64,000 bases of DNA from Solirubrobacteraceae bacterium. Lineage in GTDB: Bacteria > Actinomycetota > Thermoleophilia > Solirubrobacterales > Solirubrobacteraceae. Position 1 is the first letter of the stretch, and every line of letters begins with the position of its first letter. The position numbers were made by a program, and so were the translations under genes. This document shows, piece after piece, positions 40,797 to 50,234 of the stretch. Below the pieces are notes generated by a model. It did no database searches, had not been told where the DNA came from, and saw only the letters and a program-made list of their open reading frames with translations. The stretch covers positions 23,760 to 87,759 of the forward strand of contig DATHOH010000029.1 of NCBI GenBank assembly GCA_035485155.1, written 5' to 3'.

Positions 40797-41750
40797 ATGG
40801 CCTTTGAGATGAGCTACACGCAGGGGCTGGACGAGGTCGGCGATGGCCTCTTCGCATATCTACAGCCCGACGGCGGCTGGGGCTGGAGCAACGCCGGCCT
40901 GGTGGTCGACGGCGAGAGCACGCTGCTCGTCGACACGCTGTACGACCTCCCCTTGACCCGGCAGATGCTGCACACGATGCGCCGCGCGGTGCCGGCTGCC
41001 GCGCGCATCGACACGCTCGTCAACACCCACGCCAACGGCGATCACTGCTACGGCAACCAGCTCGTCGACGGCGCGCGGATCGTCGCCTCCGAGCGGACCG
41101 CCGCGGAGATGTCCGAGCTGCCGCCGGCGGCGATGGCGGCACTGCTCGAGCAGGCGCCGGCGATGGGCGAGACCGGCGCGTTCTTCCTCGAGTGCTTCGG
41201 CGCGTTCGACTTCAACGGGATCGGGCTCGCGCTGCCCGAGGAGACGTTCGCCGGCGAGCTGACGCTGCGGGTCGGCGACCGCGAGCTGCGGCTGATCGAG
41301 GTCGGGCCCGCCCACACGCGCGGAGACACGCTCGTGCTCGCGCCCGCCGAGCGCGTGCTGTTCTCGGGCGACATCCTCTTCTCCGAGGCCCACCCGATCG
41401 CGTGGGCTGGTCCCGTGTCCAACTGGATCGCCGCGTGCGATCGCATCCTCGCGATGGACGTAGCGGTGATCGTGCCCGGACACGGTCCGCTGGCGAGCCT
41501 CGACGCGGTGCGCGAGCTGCGTGCGTACTTCGAGTACCTCTACGAGCAGGCGCGCGAGTGCCGTGCGCTGGGGATGAGCGCGCTGCAGGCGGCGCGCGCG
41601 ATCTCGCTGCAACGGTGGGCGGACTGGGGCGAGAGCGAGCGGCTGGTCGTCAACATCGCCAACATCTACAACGAGCTGTCGGACACTCGAGAGCCGATCA
41701 ACCCGCTGTCGGCGTTCGAGCAGATGGCGGAGCTGGCGCGTTCGCGCTGA
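40797..41750 (+). CDS. Metallo-beta-lactamase-fold hydrolase (cyclase-like)
   Basis: NTHANGDHCYGN, AHTRGD, SGD, VPGHG. Confidence 0.88.
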   Translation: MAFEMSYTQGLDEVGDGLFAYLQPDGGWGWSNAGLVVDGESTLLVDTLYDLPLTRQMLHTMRRAVPAAARIDTLVNTHANGDHCYGNQLVDGARIVASERTAAEMSELPPAAMAALLEQAPAMGETGAFFLECFGAFDFNGIGLALPEETFAGELTLRVGDRELRLIEVGPAHTRGDTLVLAPAERVLFSGDILFSEAHPIAWAGPVSNWIAACDRILAMDVAVIVPGHGPLASLDAVRELRAYFEYLYEQARECRALGMSALQAARAISLQRWADWGESERLVVNIANIYNELSDTREPINPLSAFEQMAELARSR

Positions 41751-41782
41751 GCGATCGCGTGATGCTCGCGATGATCGACTCC

Positions 41783-43780
41783 ATGCTTCGCCGCCGCGGG
41801 TCAACGGCCCGCGTGCTCGGCGCGCTCGCCGTGAGCCTCGTGGCGATCGGTGCCAACGCCGGCCAGGCGGCCGCGGCGGGCGCGACCTTCATCCGCGTCA
41901 ACCAGGTCGGCTATCCGCTCGCAGCACCCAAGCGCGCCTACCTGATGTCGCACTCCGCGGAGACCGGTGCGACGTTCACCGTGCGCTCCGCGGAAGGGGG
42001 AGTCGCCCTCACCGGCACCGTCGGTGCGTCGGTGGGCTCGTGGAGCGCACGTTTCCCGCACGTCTACCCGCTCGACTTCGACGCAGTGCAAACGCCGGGT
42101 ACGTACTCGTTGTCAGTCGCCGGTCGGGCGCCGGCGTCCTCGCCGCCGTTTGCGATCACCTCGGCGCAGGCCCTTTACGAAGTGCCGCTCGCGAACGCTC
42201 TGTCGTTCTACGAGAACGAGCGCGACGGCCCGGAATTCATACCCTCGCCGCTGCGGACGGCGCCGGCCCATCTCAACGACGAACACGCGGTCGCCTACCT
42301 GACCCCGAAGGTGAACGCCGAAGGCGAATTCAAGGGCGAACTGACGAGCCTCGGCGAAACGCTCAATGCGTCGGGCGGCTGGTGGGACGCCGGCGACTAC
42401 CTGAAGTTCGTGCAGACGACGAGCTACGCCGCCGCGCTGCAGCTGATCGGCGTGCGCGACTTCCCCTCGCAGATGGGAGTCGGCGCGCCCGACTCGAACT
42501 TCACCGAAGAGGCACGTTTCGGCGTCGAATGGCTGCTGCGGATGTGGAACGACCAGACGCGCACGCTCTACTACCAGGTGGGTATCGGCGCGGGCAACGC
42601 CAACACGGTCAGCGACCACGACATCTGGCGTCTGCCCCAGGAAGACGACACCTACGGCGGGAGCGACCCGCGCTACCGCTTCATCCGCAACCGCCCGGTC
42701 TTCCGCGCCGGTCCTCCGGGGTCGCCGGTGAGCCCAAACCTCGCGGGGCGCGACGCGGCCGCGTTCGCGCTGTGCTTCCAGGTGTTCGCCCAAACCCGCC
42801 CTGCGCTCGCCTCGCGCTGCCTGCTCGCCGGCGAGCACATCTTCGAACTGGCGAACACCCAACCTCGGGGCAACCTGCTGACCGCGATCCCGTTCGGCTT
42901 CTACCCGGAGACCGAATGGCGCGACGATCTCGAGCTCGGCGCGAGCGAGCTCGCGATCGCACTCGCCTCCGGCGCGCAGCTGCCGGGCGGCCTGCCTCAC
43001 ACCCAGTCGCGCTACTACCTCGAACAGGCCGCACAGTGGGCCAGCGCGTACATCTCGCGCAACCACGGCGAAGGCGAAGGGCTGAACCTCTATGACGTCA
43101 GCGGCCTGGCGCACTTCGAGCTGGTGCGAGCACTGCGCCAGGCCGGCGACCCGGCAGGACTGGCGGTCACCGAAGCACAGCTGATCGCAAACCTCGGCGA
43201 GGAGCTCGAAGCGGCGGTCGCACAGTCACAGCGCGACCCCTTCGGCTTCGGATTCCCGTGGGACAGCGCCGACACCGCTTCGCACGGCGACGGGTTGTCG
43301 GTGATGGCCTCCGAGTACGACGATCTCACCGGCCAGGAAACCTACCGTGGGTACTCCCAGCGGTGGCTGGGGAACGTGCTCGGCGCCAACGCTTGGGGCT
43401 CCTCGTTCGTCATCGGCGACGGCAGCACGTTCCCCGACTGCCCGCAGCATCAGGTCGCAAACCTCGGCGGCTCGCTGGACGGATCGTCGCCGGTGCTCGC
43501 GGGCGCGGTCGTCGAGGGTCCGAGCGATGAAACCAGCAAGGGGCGGCTGCCCGGCATGCGCGCGTGCCCTCCGGCTGGCGGCAAGGCGTTCGCCCGCTTT
43601 AACAACGCGGCCGTATATGCGGACAACGTGCAGTCCTTCACCACGACCGAGCCCGCGATCGACCTCACCGCCTCCTCGATGCTGGCGTTCTCGTGGCAGA
43701 TCAGCTCCGCCCGCCCACTAGGCGAAGCGGGACTCGCAAGCACGCCGGCGCCCCCGCTCGGCGGCGCGCCCGTGCCCTAG
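41783..43780 (+). CDS. Secreted glycoside hydrolase family 9 with N-terminal Ig-like domain
   Basis: RVNQVGY, GGWWDAGDYLK, CPQHQ, YADNVQSFTTTEPAID; start among 41762/41771/41783. Confidence 0.9.
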   Translation: MLRRRGSTARVLGALAVSLVAIGANAGQAAAAGATFIRVNQVGYPLAAPKRAYLMSHSAETGATFTVRSAEGGVALTGTVGASVGSWSARFPHVYPLDFDAVQTPGTYSLSVAGRAPASSPPFAITSAQALYEVPLANALSFYENERDGPEFIPSPLRTAPAHLNDEHAVAYLTPKVNAEGEFKGELTSLGETLNASGGWWDAGDYLKFVQTTSYAAALQLIGVRDFPSQMGVGAPDSNFTEEARFGVEWLLRMWNDQTRTLYYQVGIGAGNANTVSDHDIWRLPQEDDTYGGSDPRYRFIRNRPVFRAGPPGSPVSPNLAGRDAAAFALCFQVFAQTRPALASRCLLAGEHIFELANTQPRGNLLTAIPFGFYPETEWRDDLELGASELAIALASGAQLPGGLPHTQSRYYLEQAAQWASAYISRNHGEGEGLNLYDVSGLAHFELVRALRQAGDPAGLAVTEAQLIANLGEELEAAVAQSQRDPFGFGFPWDSADTASHGDGLSVMASEYDDLTGQETYRGYSQRWLGNVLGANAWGSSFVIGDGSTFPDCPQHQVANLGGSLDGSSPVLAGAVVEGPSDETSKGRLPGMRACPPAGGKAFARFNNAAVYADNVQSFTTTEPAIDLTASSMLAFSWQISSARPLGEAGLASTPAPPLGGAPVP

Positions 43781-43798
43781 CGAGCGCGACCGCCGCGC

Positions 43799-44740
43799 TC
43801 AGCCGCGCGAGAACGGCCGGTGATGGGCAGCGCCGAGACGATCGAGCACTGCCGTCAGGACCGCCGTCACTTCCGCTGCGCTCACTTCATCAGCCGTCAC
43901 GTCCTCGGCCGCCATCAGCTCGGCCGCGATGTCGCTACTCGGCTCGCCATCCGGCGGTCGCAGCGCCTGAGGCTCGCGCTCCTCGCCGGCCGCGGGCGCG
44001 CTCTGCGTCGCCGCCGGCGCGGCGCCGGCAGCCGCCTGAGCTGCGAACGGGTGGGTCGCGGCGAACGTCTCGGGGGCCAGGACCTGCCGGACCGCCGCGA
44101 ACGCGTCGGGCCGCTCAGGGGACGGCTCCACCGCAAGCGTCTGCGTCTGCGTCGAACCGGACTCCGCGATAGCAGGCGCCGGCGCATCGAGCTCTGGCGG
44201 CCCCGTGTCCTGCGCCGCTTCCTCGGGCGCGAACCGAGTCCTGCTGCGGCGACGGAACAGCCGCGCGAAGATACCGCGACGTGGCTCCGGCTCGCGCGGC
44301 TGCTGCAGGCTCACCGGTGCGATGTCCGGCGCTGCAGCGGCAACTTCAACGTCGGCGGCCGCCTCAGGCTCCGTGGCCGACTTCGGCGCCGTGGCTGGCT
44401 CCGGGTTCGCGTCGGGCTCCGGGTCCGCGGTCGTATCCGGCTGGGCGGCCGCGTCGCTTGCGTCGGGCTCGTCGCGAGTCGCACCGGCAGCCTCGGGCTC
44501 GGCGGCCCGCTCGCGCGTGGCGCTGAGCGTCACCCTTGTTCCCCACCCGGATGGCTTGATCGATACGACGCCGGTAGCGTGCTCCGCTGCCCACTCGACG
44601 ACGCGTTCGGGCTCCGTGCGCACGATGCGGATCTCACCGAGCTCACCGAGATGACGGGCGAGCGCGGCTGGATCGCTCAGCTCCGCCCACAGCTCGGGTG
44701 GCGACTTGACCAGAGTTCGCTGCACCTCCGAAGAGATCAT
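43799..44740 (-). CDS. Hypothetical protein: SRPBCC/START-like N-terminus, acidic Pro/Ala linker, C-terminal HHRPFSRG
   Basis: RTLVKSPPELWAELSD...VEW...GTRVTL. Confidence 0.65.
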   Translation of the reverse strand: MISSEVQRTLVKSPPELWAELSDPAALARHLGELGEIRIVRTEPERVVEWAAEHATGVVSIKPSGWGTRVTLSATRERAAEPEAAGATRDEPDASDAAAQPDTTADPEPDANPEPATAPKSATEPEAAADVEVAAAAPDIAPVSLQQPREPEPRRGIFARLFRRRSRTRFAPEEAAQDTGPPELDAPAPAIAESGSTQTQTLAVEPSPERPDAFAAVRQVLAPETFAATHPFAAQAAAGAAPAATQSAPAAGEEREPQALRPPDGEPSSDIAAELMAAEDVTADEVSAAEVTAVLTAVLDRLGAAHHRPFSRG

Positions 44741-44796
44741 CGCCTCGGGATTCGAGCGAACGTCGGCTACTCCTCCCCACGATCGAGCCTGCGGCG

Positions 44797-45297
44797 CTAG
44801 CCATCGCACACACTTGGGGAGCTGATCGCCGCGGGTAGCCGGCGCGCCTCGACCGGTTCGTCGTCGAACGGCAGCAGGTCGGCGATGCCCGCCTGCTCAA
44901 ACGCCCGCTGCACGAACCGCGGCCCGGGCAAGAGGGAAAAGGCGTAACCCTGCCGCTGGCACAGACCGCACCGGAACGAAATCACCGCGACCCCAACCGA
45001 GTCGATGTGCGTGAGCTGTCGCAGATCGAGTGTGATCGCAGTGACCCCTTTTGCGCAGAGATCCTCGATCTCGACTTCGAGCGCGTGAGCCGAGCGTCGC
45101 GTCAGCTCGCCCGTCAGCACCAGGGTGTGCGCCCAGACACCGGCTGCCTTGGGCGCTGGGCGTGGCTTGGCGGCCCCAGGATGTGTTCGCGTGTTCGTGT
45201 TGAGCGCGGCGCTGCTGCGACTGGCGAGGTTCCGGGTTGCGTCGACCCCGTCTCTTCTACCAATGCTCACCACCGACGTAGACAGTTGACCTTCCAT
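44797..45297 (-). CDS. STAS-domain anti-sigma-factor antagonist
   Basis: LVLTGEL, TLDLRQLTHIDSVG with phosphorylatable Ser; SD AAGGAG 9 nt before ATG 45297. Confidence 0.85.
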   Translation of the reverse strand: MEGQLSTSVVSIGRRDGVDATRNLASRSSAALNTNTRTHPGAAKPRPAPKAAGVWAHTLVLTGELTRRSAHALEVEIEDLCAKGVTAITLDLRQLTHIDSVGVAVISFRCGLCQRQGYAFSLLPGPRFVQRAFEQAGIADLLPFDDEPVEARRLPAAISSPSVCDG

Positions 45298-45304
45298 GAG
45301 ATAC

Positions 45305-45389
45305 AGCTCCTTCCGAGGAAGCTTCGGATTGATTCCCACCGCGCTGGATCAAGAGATCCAACGCCGAACCGATACGACCGGAAGGAGCT
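45305..45389 (-). promoter_or_regulatory. Anti-SD helix sequestering the STAS ribosome-binding site
   Basis: 11-bp perfect inverted repeat (45379-45389 / 45305-45315) enclosing a 10-bp hairpin at 45341-45364. Confidence 0.7.
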
Positions 45390-46506
45390 AGCCCGGGCGC
45401 TCTGGAATCAGAACGAAGAACGCAGTACGCCACGGCTGGCACGAGAGCCGCAGACGGCGCAGAGCGCGTGGAGCCGCGAGCAACAACAGGCCCGCGAGCG
45501 TGAAGAAGCCTGCCGGCGAGACTCCGGAGCCGCCGCCCGCCGATCCGCCCACCGCGCCGCTCGGCGCAGGAGCGGGCGCCGGCACGACCGGGTGGCTGCC
45601 ACCTACCGAGTCGCCGTAGCCTCCGTCGGGCGGACCCGTCCTCGAGCCGGTCGGGGCACGAAAACCCACTGCCTGCACCGAGAGTGAGACCTGAGCACCC
45701 AACCAGCTCGCCCCGCAGTCGTCGTTGGCGGTCCCCGCCATGCCAGAGAGCTGGCAGCTCAGCTCGGCCGCGCGTTGCGCGGCGCTCAGGCCTGCGACCG
45801 AGACGCTACCTGCGATCGCGCCGGCGCCGGGACCGCTCGGCGGCCCGGAGGAGCGTCCCGCGGATCCCACCGCGAGGCGGCCGAGCAGGACGCTCGACGC
45901 TTCCGCCGTGGCGCCGTCGGGGAGCGCTGCATTCTGTGGGGTCTCGGGCGGTGTGGAAATCAGCGCCGCTGCGATCTGCCCGGAGCTCGACGGCGCAGTC
46001 GACGCCGGGCCTTCCCCGACCGTTGCCGTAGTTGTCTGGTCGCCGTTCGGGGTCCCTTCGACCGGTTTCGAGGTGGCTTCCGCCGGCACGAGTTCCTTCA
46101 CACCCGTCGGAGGGGGATCGACTTCGGGCGCCGGTGGCGCTTCTGGCGTCAGCACAACGGGTGGCGGCGGAACTTCGACGGGCGGAATCACAACGACGGG
46201 CGGGACTTCGACGGGCGGGACCACGACGACGGGCGGAACTTCGACGGGCGGAACTTCGACGGGCGGGACTTCGACGGGCGGGGGCGTCGCTTCGGCGGTC
46301 GGAGGTTCGGGCGTCGATGACGGCGTCGTCGTCGATTCCGGCGCCGTTTCAGGCGTGGAGCCGGACGCGGCCGGGATCACGGGTTCGGCGGCGCTCGCGC
46401 TGGCGCCGGCGGCGAGCGCGAGCAGCAACGCCGCGACGAAGGTCGCCGCACAGAGGAGTCCTTTGGCGAGGGTCCTGGTCGAAAGGTTCTGGGCCGTCCC
46501 GAGCAC
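45388..46506 (-). CDS. Secreted Pro-rich protein with C-terminal TM helix and ERPG end
   Basis: Signal peptide; VEVPP repeats; AGFFTLAGLLLLAAP-RALRRLR...IPERPG-stop. Confidence 0.75.
   Translation of the reverse strand: MLGTAQNLSTRTLAKGLLCAATFVAALLLALAAGASASAAEPVIPAASGSTPETAPESTTTPSSTPEPPTAEATPPPVEVPPVEVPPVEVPPVVVVPPVEVPPVVVIPPVEVPPPPVVLTPEAPPAPEVDPPPTGVKELVPAEATSKPVEGTPNGDQTTTATVGEGPASTAPSSSGQIAAALISTPPETPQNAALPDGATAEASSVLLGRLAVGSAGRSSGPPSGPGAGAIAGSVSVAGLSAAQRAAELSCQLSGMAGTANDDCGASWLGAQVSLSVQAVGFRAPTGSRTGPPDGGYGDSVGGSHPVVPAPAPAPSGAVGGSAGGGSGVSPAGFFTLAGLLLLAAPRALRRLRLSCQPWRTAFFVLIPERPG
46158..46284 (-). repeat. 15/18-nt coding tandem repeats (VEVPP/VVVPP)
   Basis: Repeated ACTTCGACGGGCGG(A/G) units on + strand. 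Confidence 0.85.
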
Positions 46507-46550
46507 ACTTCATCCTTGCTTGCACTTTCCCGGAGCCCCCGATGATAAAC

Positions 46551-47414
46551 CTAGTGCGACTGCGGCAGCTTCACCGAGCGCGGCGCGCCGGCAGGCGCCG
46601 ACGGTGGCGGCACGACCGGTCCGATGTCGCCGTCTGGTGCGCCATCCAAGTCGACGATCACGGGCGCGTGGTCGCTCGGCCTGCTCCCCTTGCGGGCCGC
46701 CCGGTCGACCCAAGCCGCGCGGACCCTGTCAGCGACCGCGTCGCTCGCCAGCACCAGGTCGATCCGCATCCCGAGGTCCTGGTGGAACATCCCGGCGCGG
46801 TAGTCCCAGTAGGTGAAGATGCGCTCGTTCGGCCAGCGCTCGCGCACGACGTCGCGCAATCCGAGGCGCTCGAGCTCCGCCAGCGCGGCACGCTCAGCGG
46901 GCGTCACGTGCGTGTGACCCGCGTAGGCAGCTGGGTCGAACACGTCGATGTCGGCCGGCGCGACGTTCATGTCGCCGCAAACGATCGTCTCCCGTGGAGC
47001 GGTGGCGAGCATCGTTGCCAACGCCGACAGCCACGCGAGCTTGTAGTCGTAGTGCTCGGAGCCGGGCACGCGACCGTTGGGGACGTAGACGCAGTTCACG
47101 CGAATCCCGCCGCAGGTCGCGGACAGCGCACGCGCCTCCGCCGGCCACGCTGCCGGCTCGAGCCCGACCCCCGTGGCGACATCATCCAACCCCACGCGAG
47201 ACACGATCGCGACCCCGTTCCACTGGAGTTCGCCGTGCCGGGCGAAGGCGTAGCCGCGGCTCGTGAGCTCCTTCCCGAGCAGCTCGTCGAACGCCTCATC
47301 GGTGAGCTTGGTCTCCTGCAGGCAGACGACGTCCGGCTGGCGCTCCTCGAGCCATGGCAGCAGTCGCGGCACGCGCTGCTTGATGGAGTTCACGTTCCAG
47401 GTTGCGATCCGCAC
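46551..47414 (-). CDS. xth: Exodeoxyribonuclease III
   Basis: ATWNVNS, CLQETK, GDMNVAP, GMRIDLVL, SDHAP. Confidence 0.95.
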   Translation of the reverse strand: MRIATWNVNSIKQRVPRLLPWLEERQPDVVCLQETKLTDEAFDELLGKELTSRGYAFARHGELQWNGVAIVSRVGLDDVATGVGLEPAAWPAEARALSATCGGIRVNCVYVPNGRVPGSEHYDYKLAWLSALATMLATAPRETIVCGDMNVAPADIDVFDPAAYAGHTHVTPAERAALAELERLGLRDVVRERWPNERIFTYWDYRAGMFHQDLGMRIDLVLASDAVADRVRAAWVDRAARKGSRPSDHAPVIVDLDGAPDGDIGPVVPPPSAPAGAPRSVKLPQSH

Positions 47415-47433
47415 CGCGCCTACGCTAGCGGTG

Positions 47434-48564
47434 CTAAGGGATCACGCGGCGGCCCCAGGCGAACGAGCTCCCGAGCCAGCTCCCCGTGAGCGGCAGTACG
47501 TATACACCCTGGCCGGAGGATTGGATCACCCAGTTGTCCCCGAGATAGATCCCCTCGTGGATGATGTTGCGCTCGGTGGCCTTGCTGGTGAAATGAGCGG
47601 ATCCGAAGAACAGCAGATCACCGGGCTCGAGCTGGCCGACGCGCAGCCGCTGGGACAGCGGGATTTCGCCGGCCTGTTCGGCGGCTGTGCGGCCGCGAAT
47701 CACCTGACCCCACGGCAGCCGGGAGACCTTGAACACGCGCCACGCGAAGCCCGAGCAGTCAAAGCCTCCGTGTTCGAGCCCGTCGGCGGTGTTGTCGGTC
47801 GTGCCGCCCCAGACGTACGGGTAGCCGATGCGCGAGACGGCGATCTGCAGCGCCTGGCGTTGGGCGGCGCTCATCTGCGGAAGCTCGAACGCGGACAGCG
47901 ATTCACGCGCGGCGGAGATCGCCCAGGTGCTCGTGTTCATCACGGTTGCCAGCGACCACGCGGCCTCGGCACGGGTGAGCGGATCGCTCGGAAACAGGTC
48001 GAGTCGTTGCGCACCGACGGGGTGCTCGTAGCGCAGCTCCAAGAAGCGCGCCACCACTTCGGAGCCGAAGTAGGCCGGCGGCTGCAGGCCGGCGGCGACG
48101 GTAGTCGCCTGTACATGCGCCGCAACGGCGCCCAGCCCGAGCTCTTCAATGAGCATGCGGTCGAAGCCGGCAACGGTGACGAGACTCTGCGTGGTGTGGG
48201 CGACGGCCACCGCGGGCACGACAGCCGCCGTGGGTTCTTCTCCGGTGCTCGGCGGGGCGGCGACTGCCTGCTGATTGACCTCGCGCTGGAGCCACGTCGC
48301 GAGGGCTGCCATCGCCGCGTTGGCCTGGGGCGCTGAAAGCCGGCCGCCGCCGTCGAAGGACCCGGCACCCGCTTCCATCAGCCCCGCCGCGAGCACCTGG
48401 CGCTGCTGGGCGCTGTCCCAGCTGCCGCTCGCGGGCGCGGCGCTCGCGGCGGCGGCGCCCGCCCGCGGCGGCACCGTCCCCGAGGCCGCGCACACCAACA
48501 AGAGCGCGAGCAGGCTGCGGCGCAGCGAGCGGGCACGAGCCCGCGGGAGCAGAGGGCGCGTCAC
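47434..48564 (-). CDS. NlpC/P60 (C40) peptidase with SLH-like N-terminal region
   Basis: GYPYVWGG, FDCSGF, PGDLLFF, HEGIYLG; PSDPLTRAEAA resembles an SLH motif. Confidence 0.85.
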   Translation of the reverse strand: MTRPLLPRARARSLRRSLLALLLVCAASGTVPPRAGAAAASAAPASGSWDSAQQRQVLAAGLMEAGAGSFDGGGRLSAPQANAAMAALATWLQREVNQQAVAAPPSTGEEPTAAVVPAVAVAHTTQSLVTVAGFDRMLIEELGLGAVAAHVQATTVAAGLQPPAYFGSEVVARFLELRYEHPVGAQRLDLFPSDPLTRAEAAWSLATVMNTSTWAISAARESLSAFELPQMSAAQRQALQIAVSRIGYPYVWGGTTDNTADGLEHGGFDCSGFAWRVFKVSRLPWGQVIRGRTAAEQAGEIPLSQRLRVGQLEPGDLLFFGSAHFTSKATERNIIHEGIYLGDNWVIQSSGQGVYVLPLTGSWLGSSFAWGRRVIP

Positions 48565-48623
48565 CAGCCCGCTATCGGCGCTCGTGGGCGCTGGCGTTAG
48601 CGCCCTGGCGTTAGTGTTGGCGG

Positions 48624-49487
48624 ATGGCCACGTTTGAGCTCTCGGGAAAGACAGCGCTGGTCACCGGAGCGGCGCGCGGCATCGGCTTCGCGACGGCGCG
48701 TGCGCTCGTCGGTCGCGGCGCGTCGGTGCTGATCGCAGACCTCGACGCCGAGAAGGCCGCGGCGGCGGCCGCGCAGATCCACGACACGCGCGCCGCGGGG
48801 ATCGCGGCGGACGTGACCGACAGGGGCGCGCTTCAACGAGCGGTCGCCACCGCCATCGAGCGATTCGGGTCGCTCGACGTGCTCGTGGCCAACGCCGGCA
48901 TCGCCTCGCGTCCGGCGACGCTGCGCGCGATGGCTCCCGAGACGGTCGAGCGGATTCTCGACACGAACCTGCTCGGCGTGTGGCGTAGCGTCGATGCCGC
49001 GCTCCCCGAGATCGTCGCCCGCAAGGGCCATATCGTCCTCATCTCTTCGATCTACGCGTTCATCAATGGCGTCGGCACGATCCCCTATGCGATGAGCAAG
49101 GCCGCGGTCGAGCAGCTCGGTCGCGCACTGCGTCTCGAGCTCGTCCCCCACGGCGCGAGCGTCAGCGTCGCGTACTTCGGCTTCATCGACACCGAGATGG
49201 TCCACCGCGCGATCGACCAGGACGCGCTCGCCACCGAGATGATCGGCACGTTCCCTGCGCCGCTGCGCAAGCGCGTCTCGCCTGACGTGGCCGGCGCGGC
49301 GATCGTGGCCGGCATCGAGCGCCGCAGCCCGCGCATCTTCCGCCCGCGCCGCTGGGCGGCGGTGTCGGTGCTCCGCGGGATCGTGAACCCGCTAAGCGAC
49401 ATGCAGCTGGAACGCGACGCGCGCTCACAGGCGCTGACCCGCCAGCTCGACGAGCGCGCCGGCGAGGACCAGCCGACGACGGCCTGA
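48624..49487 (+). CDS. Short-chain dehydrogenase/reductase
   Basis: TGAARGIG, NAGI, YAMSK. Confidence 0.92.
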   Translation: MATFELSGKTALVTGAARGIGFATARALVGRGASVLIADLDAEKAAAAAAQIHDTRAAGIAADVTDRGALQRAVATAIERFGSLDVLVANAGIASRPATLRAMAPETVERILDTNLLGVWRSVDAALPEIVARKGHIVLISSIYAFINGVGTIPYAMSKAAVEQLGRALRLELVPHGASVSVAYFGFIDTEMVHRAIDQDALATEMIGTFPAPLRKRVSPDVAGAAIVAGIERRSPRIFRPRRWAAVSVLRGIVNPLSDMQLERDARSQALTRQLDERAGEDQPTTA

Positions 49488-49517
49488 CGCAAGGGCGAGC
49501 CGGGCCGGCACGGGCGC

Positions 49518-50165
49518 TCAGCCGCTGGCGAGGCGGACGAGCCCGCAGAAGACTTCGGCGACGTGCGGGTCGAACTGCGATCCGGAGCACGAGTCGATCT
49601 CGGCGAGCGCCTCCTCGACGGTGATCGCGTCACTGAACGGTCGATTGCGCATCATCGCGACGAAAGCGGCGGACACGGCGATGATCCGCGCCCCGATCGG
49701 GATGTCCTTGCCCTTGAGCCCGTCGGGGTAGCCGCGACCGTCGTAGCGCTCGTGGTGGAAGCGCACGAGCCGCGCAGCCGGTGCGAGCGCCGGCGCGGCC
49801 GCGAGGATGCGCTGCCCAACTTCGGGATGCGTGCGCATGATCGTCCACTCCGCGTCGATCAGGCCTCCGGGCTTGTTCATGATCGCGTCGGGGATCGCAA
49901 TCATGCCGACGTCGTGCAGGCGCGCGGCCAGCTCGACGCGCTCGACGTCCTGCGCGTCCAGTCCCAGCTCTTCCGCCGTTGCGACCGCCAGCCGCGCGAC
50001 GCGGTTGAGGTCGTCGAGCACGCCGGGATTGCGTTCGCTCAGGATCTTCAACAGCAGGTAGAGCCCGTCTCGGCTTCCGATGGCGTCGCCGGCGTCTCGC
50101 TGCCCGTTGATCGTCTTGAACATCTCAGTTTTCGTATCGACCTCAGGCGCGCGCGCTTGAAGCAT
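49518..50165 (-). CDS. Stand-alone HD-GYP domain protein
   Basis: LHDVG, HPEVG, HHERYDGRGYPDGL. Confidence 0.88.
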   Translation of the reverse strand: MLQARAPEVDTKTEMFKTINGQRDAGDAIGSRDGLYLLLKILSERNPGVLDDLNRVARLAVATAEELGLDAQDVERVELAARLHDVGMIAIPDAIMNKPGGLIDAEWTIMRTHPEVGQRILAAAPALAPAARLVRFHHERYDGRGYPDGLKGKDIPIGARIIAVSAAFVAMMRNRPFSDAITVEEALAEIDSCSGSQFDPHVAEVFCGLVRLASG

Positions 50166-50194
50166 CGACGCGCTGTCAAACCGATGTTTATGGC

Positions 50195-50212
50195 GTCAAT
50201 GTGGGCATTGAC
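50195..50212. promoter_or_regulatory. Palindrome GTCAATG-TGGG-CATTGAC (operator or terminator stem)
   Basis: Perfect 7-bp arms between ABC permease stop and HD-GYP start. Confidence 0.45.
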
Positions 50213-50234
50213 TCGAAGCGGGCGAGCCGGCGCG

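Noticed and set aside
46158-46284. Tandem repeats as a possible CRISPR array
   Set aside because: Units are 15-18 nt, contiguous and in frame, with no unique spacers and no cas genes.
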